From the human T2T-CHM13v2.0 reference genome, Homo sapiens, in NCBI RefSeq assembly GCF_009914755.1, contig NC_060932.1: DNA of 64,000 nt, one strand, 5' to 3'. The notes beneath the pieces were generated by a model, which worked only from the letters and a program-made list of their open reading frames with translations, made no database searches and was not told where the DNA came from. The position numbers were made by a program, and so were the translations under genes. Below are positions 45,468-61,522 of this stretch, piece after piece (positions within the stretch are counted from its first letter, which is position 1; each line of letters starts with the position of its first letter).

Positions 45468-46086
45468 TGTGGGTATATAACTTTGCCCCAAAAGAGGTCA
45501 GCTCTATGCCCTTAGCTTCTGGAAGATAATCTTTGTTTTTCTGTGAGCTTTGGGCTAGCCAGATATCATCAATGTGATTTAGGATAGGATCTGGCTACAC
45601 CAGAATGTGAAACAATATGATATATGGTGGGGATTTTGAGTCATGGGCTATCAGTGAGCTTGTAGAATGAGAGCAAACACATGGACAATCAACCAATCAA
45701 TCATATTTATGTGATGGTGTTCTGATAAAATCTCTGAACCAAGCTTACCCTTTGGCAATACTCCATGTATATCATCACATATCAGTGCTAAGAAAGAAAT
45801 GCATCCAGACTGCATGTGGACAGTATGGCAGAAGTTCCATGTTTGGCAATTCCCTAAACTCTGCCCCCTGTGTTTCTTCTCTTGGATGATTTTATTCTGT
45901 ATTTATTCTCTGAAATAAACCACGAACATGAGTATAGTAGCTTTCAGTATGTTCTGGGATCTTCTAGAAAATTATCAAACATGAAGGTGGTTTTGGAAAT
46001 CTCCTGAGCTTGCAGTTGGAGTCAAATGTGGAGGTGGTCTGTTGTGGTGAATGTCCCTCTACCTTGTAGTGGGCTAACTCCTGCAA
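45468..46086 (+). mobile_element. MER21-like LTR
   Basis: tttgccccaaaagagg...caatcaatcat...ttggcaatactcc...aataaaccacgaacatgagtat...cttgcagttgg. Confidence 0.7.
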
Positions 46087-46237
46087 TGGGCCATCACAAA
46101 ATTGAATCATTAAGCATTTAGCAATCTGGATATCTTTATTTATCTAGTAGCCTATTTATGAATTTTGTAAGGTGATTTAAATTATTTCAAAAAACAGACA
46201 AAATCCTCCTCTGATAAGTTTCTGATGTGATTCCTAG

Positions 46238-46943
46238 AGTTAGAGTAGGTAGCTAAGCAGACCTGAGCAGGGCAGAAGAGGGACCCCACACTAATGTCAG
46301 GCAACCATTAGGTGACAGTCAGGTGGTGTTAAACTGTCTTGCTAAGTTAATAATTGGTCTCAGCTGGCACTAGGGAAAGACAGTCTCCAAATAGATAGAA
46401 AACACCTAAAGCTGGTGATTAGCAGCTTCCCGATAAGATCTCAGGGGCTGGGCGACTGAGCTCAAGCATCTGCACTAAGAGGCAAAATGACAGAGTTTAA
46501 CTGGTATGTGACCTTCCTCTGGGGGAACACTCCACTGGAAAGGGAAAATCACCTTAAGCGAGCATGCACACAAACTTCAGTAAACACACTGTGTGTGTGG
46601 CCCCTCCCAAGTGCTGGCCGGCCACCATGCATGCAGTTAACCCACCCCAAGGAAAAAAATCAAGGGAGGAGAAACAGAAGCCCCAGAACCATGCCAATGT
46701 GTGAAACTCCAAGTCAAGAGCCAAACAGTGCACATGAACCTCTCAAGTTGCCTGCTTGGCCCTCTTCCAAATGTACTTTACTTCCTCTTGTTCCTGCTCT
46801 AAAACTTTTCAATAAACTTTCACTCTTGCTCTAAAACTTGCCTCAATCTCTCACTCTGCTTTATGCCTCTCAGCTGAGTTCTTTCCTGTGAGGAGGGAAG
46901 AGCTGAGTTGCTGCAGACCCATGCAGATTCCCCACTTCTAATA
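46238..46943 (+). mobile_element. ERV1 solo LTR (MER50-like)
   Basis: gttagagtaggtagctaagcagacctgagcagggcag start; aataaactttcactcttgctctaaaacttgcc poly(A)-signal region; ~706 bp. Confidence 0.85.
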
Positions 46944-47799
46944 CTGGAGACATAGTTCTTAATTATTTCAGCACATATTACAGCAGCCCAAAGGCAATTA
47001 CAGGCTACATCTTTTACTCTTCTCCTGGATCACACTAATGTTAGGAAAAGAATAGTGGTTAGTCATGAGGTTTTGTTGATGAAAAAAATTGTATATGAGA
47101 CTTCAGCTCTTAAAATGTTTTGTCACCCTCTAAACCTAAGTGTTAAAGACTTTCTTGGTTGCATATGATGAGGAATGGTTTTTACTGTTTCTATAAAAAG
47201 CAGTAAGTGCCATAGGCATATTTTTGCTGTTGAATCATTTTTTAGGAGTTTTAGTAAATCTGACTTTAAGATTCTCAAAGTTAATATTTTCTGTGAACTA
47301 TTGGCTGTAAAGTTGAAAAAAGTGAACAGAGAAGAATTGCAAAGAATAAGGAAAGCATTCACTACCTGCATTCTATTTTTATAGTAACTTTTGTATATGT
47401 GTATATTTGAAACTATTTATAACTCATCTTTGGTCTTTACCCTTTATGAGAGGCAGATGTTTTATTTGTTTTTCATGATTGAATAAAGGCTACATTTCTG
47501 ATAAAATAAAATTTTGAAATTTCATTTTTAAAAGTTAGCTGTTTCTGAGAGAAAACTTCAAACAGATTCATTTTCAAACATACTTTGGATAGGATGTTGT
47601 ATTCAATACTAAACAAAAGTCTTATTTTCCTTAGACAGCATAAGGCTTTTACTGGCTAAAATCAGCCAACCAACTGACCAATCAACAGGATATTTATATT
47701 TCTCGCTTTTACTTGCATTGATTGCTGGATTCACGTTGTGCTATCTTTATGATCACTCAGGAAACTGCTCCAGAATGGACTATATAGTAAAACTCTTAG

Positions 47800-48182
<383 letters not shown>

Positions 48183-48204
48183 TTATAGTGACTTTGCAGG
48201 CCAA

Positions 48205-48395
48205 TAGTATGGGTTTGAATCCTGGCTCTTCTACTTATTAGTTCTACATCCTCAGGTAAACTGTGTATTCTTTATGAACCTTAGCTTCTCATCTGCAAAT
48301 GTGAATAATATCTGTAAGAGTTCTTGTGAAGAATAAATATAGTCACAGATAGAAAGCACCTAACTTAAAGTTAGCACTCAAAAAATAAGGTTATT
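48205..48395 (+). mobile_element. MIR
   Basis: gggtttgaatcctggctct...cttagcttctcatctgcaaatg...gttcttgtgaagaataaat...agcactcaaaaaata. Confidence 0.75.
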
Positions 48396-48510
48396 ATTTA
48401 TTTATTTATTTAATTATTTATTATACTTTAAGTTCTGGGATACATGTGCAGAACGTGCAGATTTGTTACATAGGTATACATGTGCTGTGGTGGTTTGCTG
48501 CACCCATCAA
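48395..48510 (-). mobile_element. L1PA extreme 3' end (~110 bp)
   Basis: ttatactttaagttctgggatacatgtgcagaacgtgcag...ggtttgctgcacccatcaa. Confidence 0.92.
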
Positions 48511-50555
48511 AAAACAAATATAATTTTTATAAAAATAAAATTTCAGAAATAAAAAAATAAACATAATAAGGTTTTTTTTCATATTTATTCTCCAAGAGCT
48601 TTCTCTGAGAACTAAAACCTGGTAAATATTCCTTTAAAAATTGTGATAAAAATAAATAACATGAAATTTACCAATTTAACCATTTTTAAGTATACAGTTA
48701 ATTCTGTGGCATTACAAATTTCATTTTTAAAGAGCTTGTTGGAAACTTGAAAATGCAGGGGAAGCATTCTTCATTCTTGTTATTTCTATCCTTTGGACAT
48801 GCACTTAGAAAAGTGTTTTGAGATAGATGCTTCTGCTGAATATCCTTCAGATTATTTAATATAAAATGCCCTGTGTTATAAATCCCACACTGCTGGGTAG
48901 AATACCAAAAAGCTATGGCAGCTATCTTTACAACTGGTGAAATGAGACAATGGATTATAGCTATACTTATTATTGAGACTTGTTCTGTTTACTTGTTCTC
49001 ACCTGGCTACACTTGGTTAGGATTTCTCCCATTGGCTGAAAGGAAATCATTCTCTAGGCTTTAAGAAAGAAAATTCAGCTATTACTTCAATATTTCTTAG
49101 TTCAAAGCATGTCACATAAGCGGTGTTGTCAGCTTAATTCCATATAGCAGGACTAAAGTATACCTGCCATCTTACAAGCAAGAAATAAAAAGGCTTGCAT
49201 TGACATAGCTAAGACAGTAGTAAAGCTAGGACCAGAACTCAGGCTGTTTTATACCTGCAAGCTGCTGTCAGTCATTTAGCTTAGGAAGCAACTGGAACTT
49301 TATCACACACAAGTGAACGATTAATAGACTAGATAGTGAAAAGTCTTTCTGCTATAAATCATTCAGTCTACCTGTAAGTGTGCCCTTCACTTGGCAATGT
49401 TAAAATTGTTTGAGCAAGTTCCATCAAATCTGACAGAAGTGCCAGAGGATGCTAAAGTAGTTTGTCTCTTTTAATTTTGTAGATAGGATCAAATTTCACT
49501 TATACATCATAGTACAGAAACTATCCTGGACTTCTTTTCATTCATTTCTCAATAATTTTGTTTTGCCAATGCCTCCCATTTTCTTAATACACACTGACCT
49601 GCTAGGTTAGAGGAAGACAATGCAAAATATTTTGAATATTGCCATTGTCAAATGATAATTAGAAAGCCCTGGCACTCTATGCCTGTGGCCTGCAATGTAA
49701 GTTGATAGAGAACCTTTAGAAATCCATTTATTGCTGTGCCCCAACCAGAAGCAATTTTAACAAGTATCTTTAAAGAGGCAGCATTAGCAGGAGGTTCAAC
49801 TTTAGTACCAATCACTCTCAAGTATTTCCCATTAAGACTTTTAAGCTAGAAAACTAAGAATCTGCCCAGTGGCAATGAATTAAGAATCTTGTGCTCCTAT
49901 GCAAAACCTTGATTTCAGATGACCTCGAGGAGTGCAAAAGCTTGTGATTGTTCAACCTCTAAAGTAACCCACAAATCTGCACCAAGATATTCCGAAAGAA
50001 TATTCGCCAATGCTCACTTCAGCTACGGCCCCAAGGAAGACATTTCCAGAAATTCACAGCTAGAGCCAAAGGCAACAGTGGGCCAGAGAATAATTCCCAG
50101 AAAGAAAAACCAGGATTGCTAGATGGTCTGAGAAAAACTGAACCCAGCCTGGCTATTGAACAATTCTTGTGGGGGTGGGAGGAATTTCATAATTTTGTGG
50201 GGGCAGTGACTGCTGGGTGGTTCCATTTCTTCCTTTGGTTAAATGGTATTTTTAATGTACTTTTCCTTTTCCTGCTCCACCACTGTTTATAGGGTGGCCA
50301 CAGATAGATCAATCAACTTTCATTATGTAGATCACTAGAATAGTCACATCTGAGTCTGTTGGAAGGGGCGGAACACAAAGATTTTGAACTTGAGCACGAT
50401 TAATATAACTGGATAAGATGTTGTGACTGTCTTTCTTGAATGAGAGTGTGTTTCAAGTGTAGAAATAAAGGGTCACATAAATATGAGGGTGGCAAAAGGA
50501 ATAGCTAATGACTCAGAAAGACAAATTCCTTTAATCTATAGTCTATCCTTCTAGA

Positions 50556-50755
50556 GCAGCACTAGACCATAGAATGTTGTGTATTGAATTATGAAAATGT
50601 CTTAAGCTACTGTTTCCAACACTAACCTTATGTGGCTATTGAACACTTATGATTAGTGGAAATGAGAAACCAAATTTTTAATTGTATTTAATTTTAATTG
50701 ATTTAAATTAAAACAGCCACACGTGACTAGTGGCTACTTTCTCAGGCAGCACAGT
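50556..50755. mobile_element. MER3-like hAT DNA transposon
   Basis: atgtggctattgaacactt...atttaattttaattgatttaaatt...agccacacgtgactagtggctac. Confidence 0.75.
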
Positions 50756-53261
50756 TTTATAGTAATAGATTTGTAATTTTTTTTTACTGTGCGTGTAACT
50801 TCCAACTGAAAGATTATGATTTCCAGATTTCCTCATGCTTGACTTAGTTATAGCAAAGGGATAAAATAAACAAAAAGCACAATATAAACAACTTCCAGAT
50901 CATGCCCTTAAAGGAAACTATGCTCCTCTTCTCTTCTTTCCTTCTTTATGACTGTTTGAAATGTAGACAACTGACCTGCCTTAAATCATATGAATGAGGA
51001 CATCCCTTTGGGGGATGTCACAATTAGATAGAAGGATAACTTTGTAGAATAGGAATTTGGGCTTTGTTAAGCCACCAATTTTTGGGATTTTATACCCATA
51101 ATATGCTTACATTTGATCCCTTCTTTTAAAAAATATATTCTTGGGATTTGCTGTGTTTCCTTAATCACAGCAAAAGGTTCACTGTATTTCCTAAAGTCTA
51201 GAAATTTCTTAGCCATCGGTTTTATAAATATCATATCACCTTTATTTTCTGTACTTTTGGCTTCTGAAAGTATAATAAAATATAAAGTCTTTTTATGCTT
51301 AACTTCTCTGACATATTTTCTGTCTCTACATCTGTCTCTCTCTGCTGCATCCTGAGTAATTTCTTGAGATTACTATTCAATTTCCTAATTTTTACTTACG
51401 CATTATTTGACATTGAGATCTAAATTTTGATGTTAATACTTAGAGAATGTCTCCTTTGTTTTCTTTCAAATTTGCCTGTTCTCTTGTTTTTCTAGTATAA
51501 TTTTCCCTCTACCAGTTCTAAACAGTCTCTTTTATGCTTTAAATGTTGTAAACATAGTTATTTTATGTCCCATGGTTGAGGAGTCTTGTATGTCTAAAGC
51601 TAATGGTAAGTTCAACTTTACTGCTTGTTTTTCTTATTTTTTGTTATAGTAACTTATTTCCTGTATATTTCATGATTTTGAACTGTGAACTCATGGTTGA
51701 CAGAGATTTTTCCACAGTTATATTGAGATGTCTTCCTTGAGGCTGAACCTCTTCTCAGTTGACTTATTTCTACTCTGTCAGGGTCTTTGGACAGGTATCA
51801 AGCCAGATCTATTTCCCAACTTGGGATTTTCTCCTACCATATTGTTAGGACAAATTCAAGTGAGATCCAAAGACTTGTCTCCCTGAATATCTATTAATGC
51901 ACATGCTCCTTGGCTATTAAGATCTGCAAAAATCTGCAATGAAAAGATCTACATCATTTCTATAAAATGATGTTTGCTCTATAATAGTATTTACAGGTAT
52001 ATTATATTGGCAGTTTTTAAAAGATACCTACTTTGGAATGGACATACAATTTCCTGATGAAATCCAATATGAAAATTAGTTTTGACTCTTACCTATATTC
52101 AACTTAGTTATATTTATCTCATTATCTCAATGATTTTTGTGTGAACAGTGTGCATTTATGCGTGTGTGTATACTTCGAATAATAAGAACCTAAATATCCA
52201 CATCAACATGTTACAAGTATTGTGGAAACTTTCTACTTTTTCTCAATAATTTTCAATGTAGTCCTAATTTTGGCAGTTTTGACCATTTTTTCTTTTTTTA
52301 TATTCATTGGTTTATTCACTCATTCATTTATATATTTAATCATTAATTTTCTAATTAATTATTAAGAATATTCTCTGTTTCACACAGTCTAATTGCACAG
52401 GGAGCCCCTAAGAAGCTAAATTAGGCAATTCAAGACTTTTTTATTATTAATAAACCCTGAGCTACTTAATTTAAATAAAATATCAATGGATTTATAAAAC
52501 ATAAAGTTTTATTAAGTAAAATATTGCTGAGTTTCAAAATGTATTTTAATGATTGTGGGTTTTTTATGACAACTATTTGCTCTAATTTAAGTAAGCATTC
52601 ATCAACATTAAAAATTAGTACAATAACGTATTGCCATGACTTTATAATTACCTCACATATGGATTTGTGTAAATAGGTTATAAGATGTGTTTGAGAGCTT
52701 AGAGTAAATATAGGTATTAATAAAGCTTAGCATCAGATGGAGATGTGATACAATAAAATGATTCAGCAGATGATAATTTGGTCAGGTAGTCTATTTCTTT
52801 ATATAGGCAGCAAAATTTTTAAATGTGCATTTCTTTATAGTAATAGAATCAGACAAGAACTTTCACAGCATGGGAAATTTTTGAAAATGGCATTCCATAG
52901 ATAAGTGTTATAAGGTAAAATACACAAGTTGGCATACCACAAAAGCAACAATGATCCCCAGTGCTTGCCACACACTCCCACTTTTGTTACACAACTTTTG
53001 ACATTCAGTCATCTTTGGCATGGTGTGTGCAGCCACATGACTGGTTACACCCCAGTTCCCTAGTTAGCTTCACATGACGAAACTAACTCTTGCTTTGGCC
53101 TTTTCTGTTTTGTGTTTGTTATTATTTTTTTAAGTTGCTTTATGACCATTTTAAGCATCTTGACCTGTATTTTCTCAACTTGAATCTTGAATAACAACTC
53201 AAATACTACTTCTTACATGTTGCTATATGTTCATGTCAATATCTACCATGAATTTGTCTTT

Positions 53262-53673
53262 TTTCTAGTCTGTTCCCACACTGCTATAAAGAAATACCTG
53301 AGACTGGGTAATTTATAAAGAAAAGAGGTTTAATTGGCTCATGATTCTGCAGGCTGCATGGGAAGCATGATGGCTTCTGCTCGGCTTCTGGGGAGGCCTC
53401 AGGAAACTGACAATTATGGCACAAGGCAAAGGGGAAGCCAGCACTTCACATGGCCAGAGTAGGAGGAAGAGACAGAGAGGGGGAAGGTGCTACACACTTT
53501 TAAACAACCAGATCTCATGAAAAATCTATCAGGAGGGCAGCACCAGGTGGGTGGTGCTAAACCATTAGAAAGTGCCCCCATGATCCCACCACCTCCCACC
53601 AAGCCCCACCTCCAGCACTGGGGATTACAGTTCAACAGGAGATTTGGTGGGGACTCAGATCCCAACCATATCA
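53262..53673 (-). mobile_element. MaLR LTR (MSTA-like)
   Basis: cactgctataaagaaatacctgagactgggtaatttataaagaaaagaggtttaattggctc...aaacaaccagatctc...ccaaccatatca. Confidence 0.9.
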
Positions 53674-54599
53674 CCTGTATTTTTAGGCACTTTGACCCAC
53701 AAATAAAAGCTATATGATCATTTTACTTCACTAGCTGAATATTTGTAGCATATATTTTATATTCTTATAACTTTCTTCCTTCTGCACATTCTGCAAATTA
53801 AATTTGCATTTATCTGCACTTGTATACTAAACCAATTACAAATTAAAGATGAAACAAACTATTTGGTTTAGGCCAAAATTGTGTGGTGTATGCATTGCAT
53901 TGTACCATAAGAAAAAAAAAAAAAGCAAAAACCAAACTTTGGTCCACAGATGGTGAACTACAGGAAATAATATTTCTTTCCAGGTCTCCACAGGCTTCAC
54001 TGCTGAACAACAAAAAAACAAAGATATTAGAATAGTGCCTAAAATGAGATCATAGCTACACTCAGGCATGCAGGGACACCTAACAGACCTCTGTTCCCAG
54101 ATTCTCATTGCTAATCCTTAGCAGGAATGGTTATGAGATGACTCTTTTGAGTGTAGCCTCTGATGCAAGTTCCTATTGAGATAAAATACATAGTAGCACA
54201 AACAAAATTCTTTGGTAAGTTGAACCAGGCCTGATTTGGAGTTTTAGTTTACTTTCAAGGAAACATCAGCATATATTATATCAATACATCTATGCTATTA
54301 GTGTTAAAGAATAACAAAGTTTTCAAAATATAGAAATAAACACATTTGTGCCCTTCTAAAAAATCTGATGGATTTGATATATAATAGAAACTGAGTAATT
54401 TCAATGTAAATTTGGATGAATTTATAAAAACACTGAACTTCAGAAAGTTTGATGTCATGAAATTTTAATATATTTTATAAAGTGTTATTTCATGCCAATT
54501 CTAGATGAAATATATAATCTAACCTTTACATTTTTATTTTAACTAAGGAGAACATTTCTTATGGGGAAAGTACTAATGGAAACTAGGAATAAGATATTT

Positions 54600-54800
54600 C
54601 AAAGACAAAATCTGAATTAAATTCTGACTTATACTGCTTGCTGATGGCTACGGAACACTACTTTTCTGAGCTTTAGTTTCCTCATCAGTAAAATAAAGCT
54701 AGGAATAACTATCTCAAAAAGTTGTGAAGATTAAGCAGGATTATATCCATAAGCACCAAAAGAACATAACATTTCCATATTCAAGTGTTAGCTATTTGTG
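54600..54800 (+). mobile_element. MIR
   Basis: ttctgagctttagtttcctcatcagtaaaat...gttgtgaagattaag. Confidence 0.7.
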
Positions 54801-54893
54801 TTGTTATAACATGAGAAACGAAGAACAAAGATTCACTTAAGTACGTATTTCTCTGATTAATTATTGTGTTGTGTTCTGTGATAAATAGGGCTA

Positions 54894-57058
<2,165 letters not shown>

Positions 57059-57569
57059 AAGAATTCTTTTGGCATATTTCCGTAATGCTTGTTTCACGTT
57101 CTCTCTATTATTTTTGTTATAATTAACTTGGAGTGTATAAAATGTGACAGCGTTATCATGGTTAACAGAAGGACTAAATTATAAAAAAATTATATATTTA
57201 TTATTCTAAATTTTGCTAAAGACTTTCAAATTCCTCTAGGGAAAGCCATACTCTTTTCTTTGTTTGTGTGATAGATACCACATAATGGCTTCTGATATAG
57301 ATCAAAAGAATATAAGACACATACACAATAAATTCTCTTGTCATAATTGAGACATTTAGACATTACATCTAATTCTGTATAGATAACTTTATTTCGAAAT
57401 GTAAGTAGCTTAGGACCCTTGTTCAGAAGAGTGACACATAGGGGTGAATCCTAAGTGATATTCAGTAATAACCCTGAAAATAGTATGGAATATTTTGATG
57501 AGATGTACAAATAATTTAGCTAATGACTGAATATGATCAATGAAATTATTTGGAAGAATGTTACATTTC

Positions 57570-58051
57570 TATGAGGATTAATTTTATGTTTCAACTTGAC
57601 TGGGCCATGTTGTATCCAAATATATTGTCAAATGCTATTCTAGGTATTTCTGTGAGGGTGTTTTAGGATGAGAATTACATTTATATTGCTAGACTGAGTA
57701 AGGGAGATTGCACTCCATAATGTGGGTGGGCCTCATCTGATCAGTTGAAGAACAAAAGGCTTTATCTTACCCTGAATAAGAAAGAATTCTCTTGCCTACT
57801 GGCCTTTGAACTAAGGCATCCGCTCTTGCTGGCTGTACAGTAGCTGTTGCCCTTTGGACTGAAATTGGAATATTTGCCACAGATTTCAGCTTTTGGAATG
57901 GAAATGGCACATGACTTTAGGAGATTTTAGACTTGCCAGTCTTCATAACCACTGAGCCAGTTCCTTATAGTGAAACACAAACACACACACACACACACAC
58001 ACTCCCCTATTCATTCTGTTTCTGTTTCTTTGGAGAACCTTGACTGATACA
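57570..58051 (+). mobile_element. ERVL LTR (MLT2-like) with internal (CA)n
   Basis: ttaattttatgtttcaacttgactgggcca...taatgtgggtgggcctcatc...ggagaaccttgactgataca. Confidence 0.88.
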
Positions 58052-58699
58052 ATATTTAAAATTCACCAGTTAAACTGAAGTGTGAAAAAGAGCTACTCAA
58101 AAACATGTCCAAACAAACAACTTATTTTTCCAATTAAACCTCTAATGATAGATACATACAACTGGCAGGTTCAATGCATTTAAATGCCTCAAAAACTTAT
58201 GGAATATGTTCATCAAAAATGAATGACTCTTAGGGTATCAGAATTTAAAGTTTTTGAAATGACCATGTATGAATTAAAAAAATATTTTTATGCAATGGGA
58301 AAAATGTTTGCGTCTGTTTTAAAAAGATGTAAATTACTCAAAATAGAAAAAATGGGCTTAATTTTGCATGACAATATGAATACAGTCGTTCGTTACCATT
58401 TGTTTCCTCGAATATGAGTTTATTACCTGGAACTTGAGTTTCTATGCCTATTCTTAATTCCTTAAAAGGTGACTTTTTTCACATAAAAAAAGTGGGCAAC
58501 AAATACTAAAATTACAACACGATCACTGTCACAGAATTTTCAGTTATGGAAATCATTATTTACCCCTTATTGCTGGACTGTTTTTCCTTTTTCAAATAAT
58601 TTCTAGTTAAGTATGAAAAGTAGATTTTTGATTATGTGGAAGCAAAATCTAGGGCCTCTCTGGCAATTTTGTGTCAAGAAATTTTGGTGTCTTTCTTTT

Positions 58700-60920
58700 C
58701 TACTTTTCTTTGTTTTTCTTTTTCTTCTGCTCTTGTTCTGCCTTCTTTGGTTTTAGTGTAGAATGTTATATGATTCAATTTTATCACCTATCTTAGCATA
58801 TCAAATATAGCTCTATAAAACATTTTAGTGGTTTTCTTAGCTTCTGAAATATATATTTACAACAAATCTAAATCCACTTTGAAATAACACTATACTGCTT
58901 CACAGGTGGTATAGATAGCATAATACAGAGTAGTCCAGCTTCTCCCTCTGTTCCTTATAACATTGCTTTCATTCCATTCACTTACCCATATACTATAATC
59001 CTCCAATATAATAATATTATTATTAAAATAGTTACCATTAGATCGATTAAGAAAAAATGTTTTATTTTACCTCCATTTATTTCTTCTTTGTCATTGTCCC
59101 TTTTACTGTATAGACATGTATCATTTTCCTTCTCCCTAAAAAACTTCTTTTATAATTTTTTTCAAGGCAGGTCTATTGGCACCACATTATCTGAGTGTTT
59201 GGTTTGTTTGTTTGAGAAAGTCTTTACTTCTCTTTCATTTCAAAGGATAATTTCACCATATAATTCTAGGTGGGTAGGTTTTCCTTCTATCAACATTGTG
59301 AATATTTTACTTCACTCTTTTCTTGTTTGCAAGATTTCTGACACGAAATCCACTATAATTCTTATTTTTCCTCTATTAATAAGGTTATTTTTCTCTGGCT
59401 ATTTGTAACATTTTCTCCTTGTCTTTGGCTTTCTGCAATTTGAGTATGCCATTCCTGGATATAGATTTTTTTGGTGAGTAGGCTGCTTTATGTTCTCTGA
59501 GTTTTATGAATCTGTGATATAGTTTTGCAGTAAATTTTGGAAAGTTCTCAGCCATTATTAGTTCAAATATTTATTTTACTCCCTTCTCTCTTCTCATCTT
59601 GATATTTCAACTATGCATGTCACAACTTTTGAAATTGTCTCATAGTTACTTGATTTTTTTCTGCTTTTTTCTTTTTTTCTCTTTGCATTTCAATTTTGGG
59701 AGTTTCTATGGACTTATCTTCAAGCTCACTGATTCTTTCCTCAGGCATGTTCTGTCTACTGATAAATCATCAACATCTTTCTTAATTTCTGTTAGTGTTT
59801 TTGATTCAAGCATTTCTTTTTGATTATTTCATTGAGTTTCAATCTCTCTGCTTACATTACCTATTTGTTCTTCCATGTTGCTCACTTTTTCCATTAGAGC
59901 CCTTAATAACTTGGTGATAGTTTAAATTTTCTGTCTGTTATTGTAAAGGCTGTCTCATATATGCATCTAGCTCTAATGTTTGCTTTGTCTCTTAAAACTG
60001 TGTTTTTTCTTGACTTTTAGGATACCTTGTATTTTTTGTTGAAAGACACACATGTCATATTAGGCAGGCCTTTAGTCTCAGATTTTGTTAATCTGAGTAG
60101 GAGCTGGGTTGTGTTTCATGTTTGCTGTAATGGTTGGTGTCAATTTCCTCTAGTGTCCTTATTTTTTCCCCATGTTGTCTTTGGGTTTCTTTAAAAATCT
60201 CCTTCTTAAAAAGAATCTTCACCTTATAGCTCTAATGGTAATACATCATTATTATACTGAAGCCCTATTTATGATGTTGTAGGTGAAAAAGGTTTATAAT
60301 CTTATGATTAAATTTCCATCTTTACTGAGCCCATGTCTCTGGACTGTGACCTTCATAAGTGTTTCTTAGCTTTTAGGCCAGAGGCAGCTGGAGCTGGTTA
60401 ATTTTCCTCCCATAGGTTGGAGCAGGCTATGCTAAAGTCTGAGTAGTTCTTTATTTTAAAGAACATTCTGGGAGTATTTTTAAATGTTTACTTTTCCTCT
60501 CTCAGCCAAAACAGGAGGGGTTTTTGTTTTGTTTTATTTCTTGGCTTTCTACCTTGAGACCTGGTAGGGATTCCTGGAGGTAAAACCCGTGAAAGCATGT
60601 AGACCCCACTAAAACTGCAGCCCAGGGAGTTTCTCACTCTCAGGTTAGTTCACACTCAGCCTCCAGCCACTCATCAAAGTTCCTATTAAGTGTGTTTGTT
60701 AGTTTATGGCTCCAGTGGCTTCTGCTCAGGCAAGCTGCTGGCTGTGACTCACTATATTCACCTGTCTCTACTGAGTACGGGGAGATGATTTGTCCTGAAA
60801 CCTCAGCTGTCTCATGAGCCAAGAAAAGTTATTGACTTTTACTCTGTTCAGTTTTTTGTCTTCTTAGAATCCAAGTGATGACTTATAAATTGTTGCCATG
60901 TTAGAGCTGAAACTGGAAGT
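58700..60920 (-). mobile_element. Ancient L1 (L1MC/MD-like) ORF1 and 5'UTR region
   Basis: Same antisense ORF1 motifs as 37845-40120 (ggaaagttctcagccattatt; tcttcaagctcactgattctttcc); ends with gagctgaaactggaagt. Confidence 0.75.
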
Positions 60921-61480
60921 TCTATGTTACCATTTCTGATTTTTCATTTGTGCACATATTTTAGATGGTTGAATTTTGTCAAGTTTTTAATTTTGAGTAC
61001 AGTTTATTATTAGTATAACAATATAATGTATTATCCAAACCATGACAAGTTTAAAAATGAAAAAGGGCAGTTTTAATGCCAGTTAAGAACAACAGTCATA
61101 AATGAGTTCTGACAAACTGTGACACAGGATCACTGCATATTTGATCAGAGTTTTTGCACATTTGAGATTATCTGTCCATTGTTTTTACATGTGATTGATT
61201 GCCAGTTTTCTTGAGCACATACCATAACATTCAGAATTTTTATATAAAGTTCGACTACATTTTTGCCATTAAATTTTGGGTACTGAAAAACTTGAGTTTA
61301 GATTGATTTTTCCTTGAAGTAGGTGACTAATTTTTCCTGTCTGTATATCTAGAGTACTTTTATTATATTTAAGATTTAGCAAATTTATCAAGATACAATT
61401 AGCAATGAATCATTTTTTATCAGTTCTTCCTGGGACACGGTTTTTGTCATTTAATTTGTAGCATCACTTATTTCTTTATT

Positions 61481-61486
<6 letters not shown>

Positions 61487-61519
<33 letters not shown>
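61487..61519 (+). repeat. (TG)n microsatellite
   Basis: Uninterrupted tgtgtg run. Confidence 0.95.
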
Positions 61520-61522
<3 letters not shown>

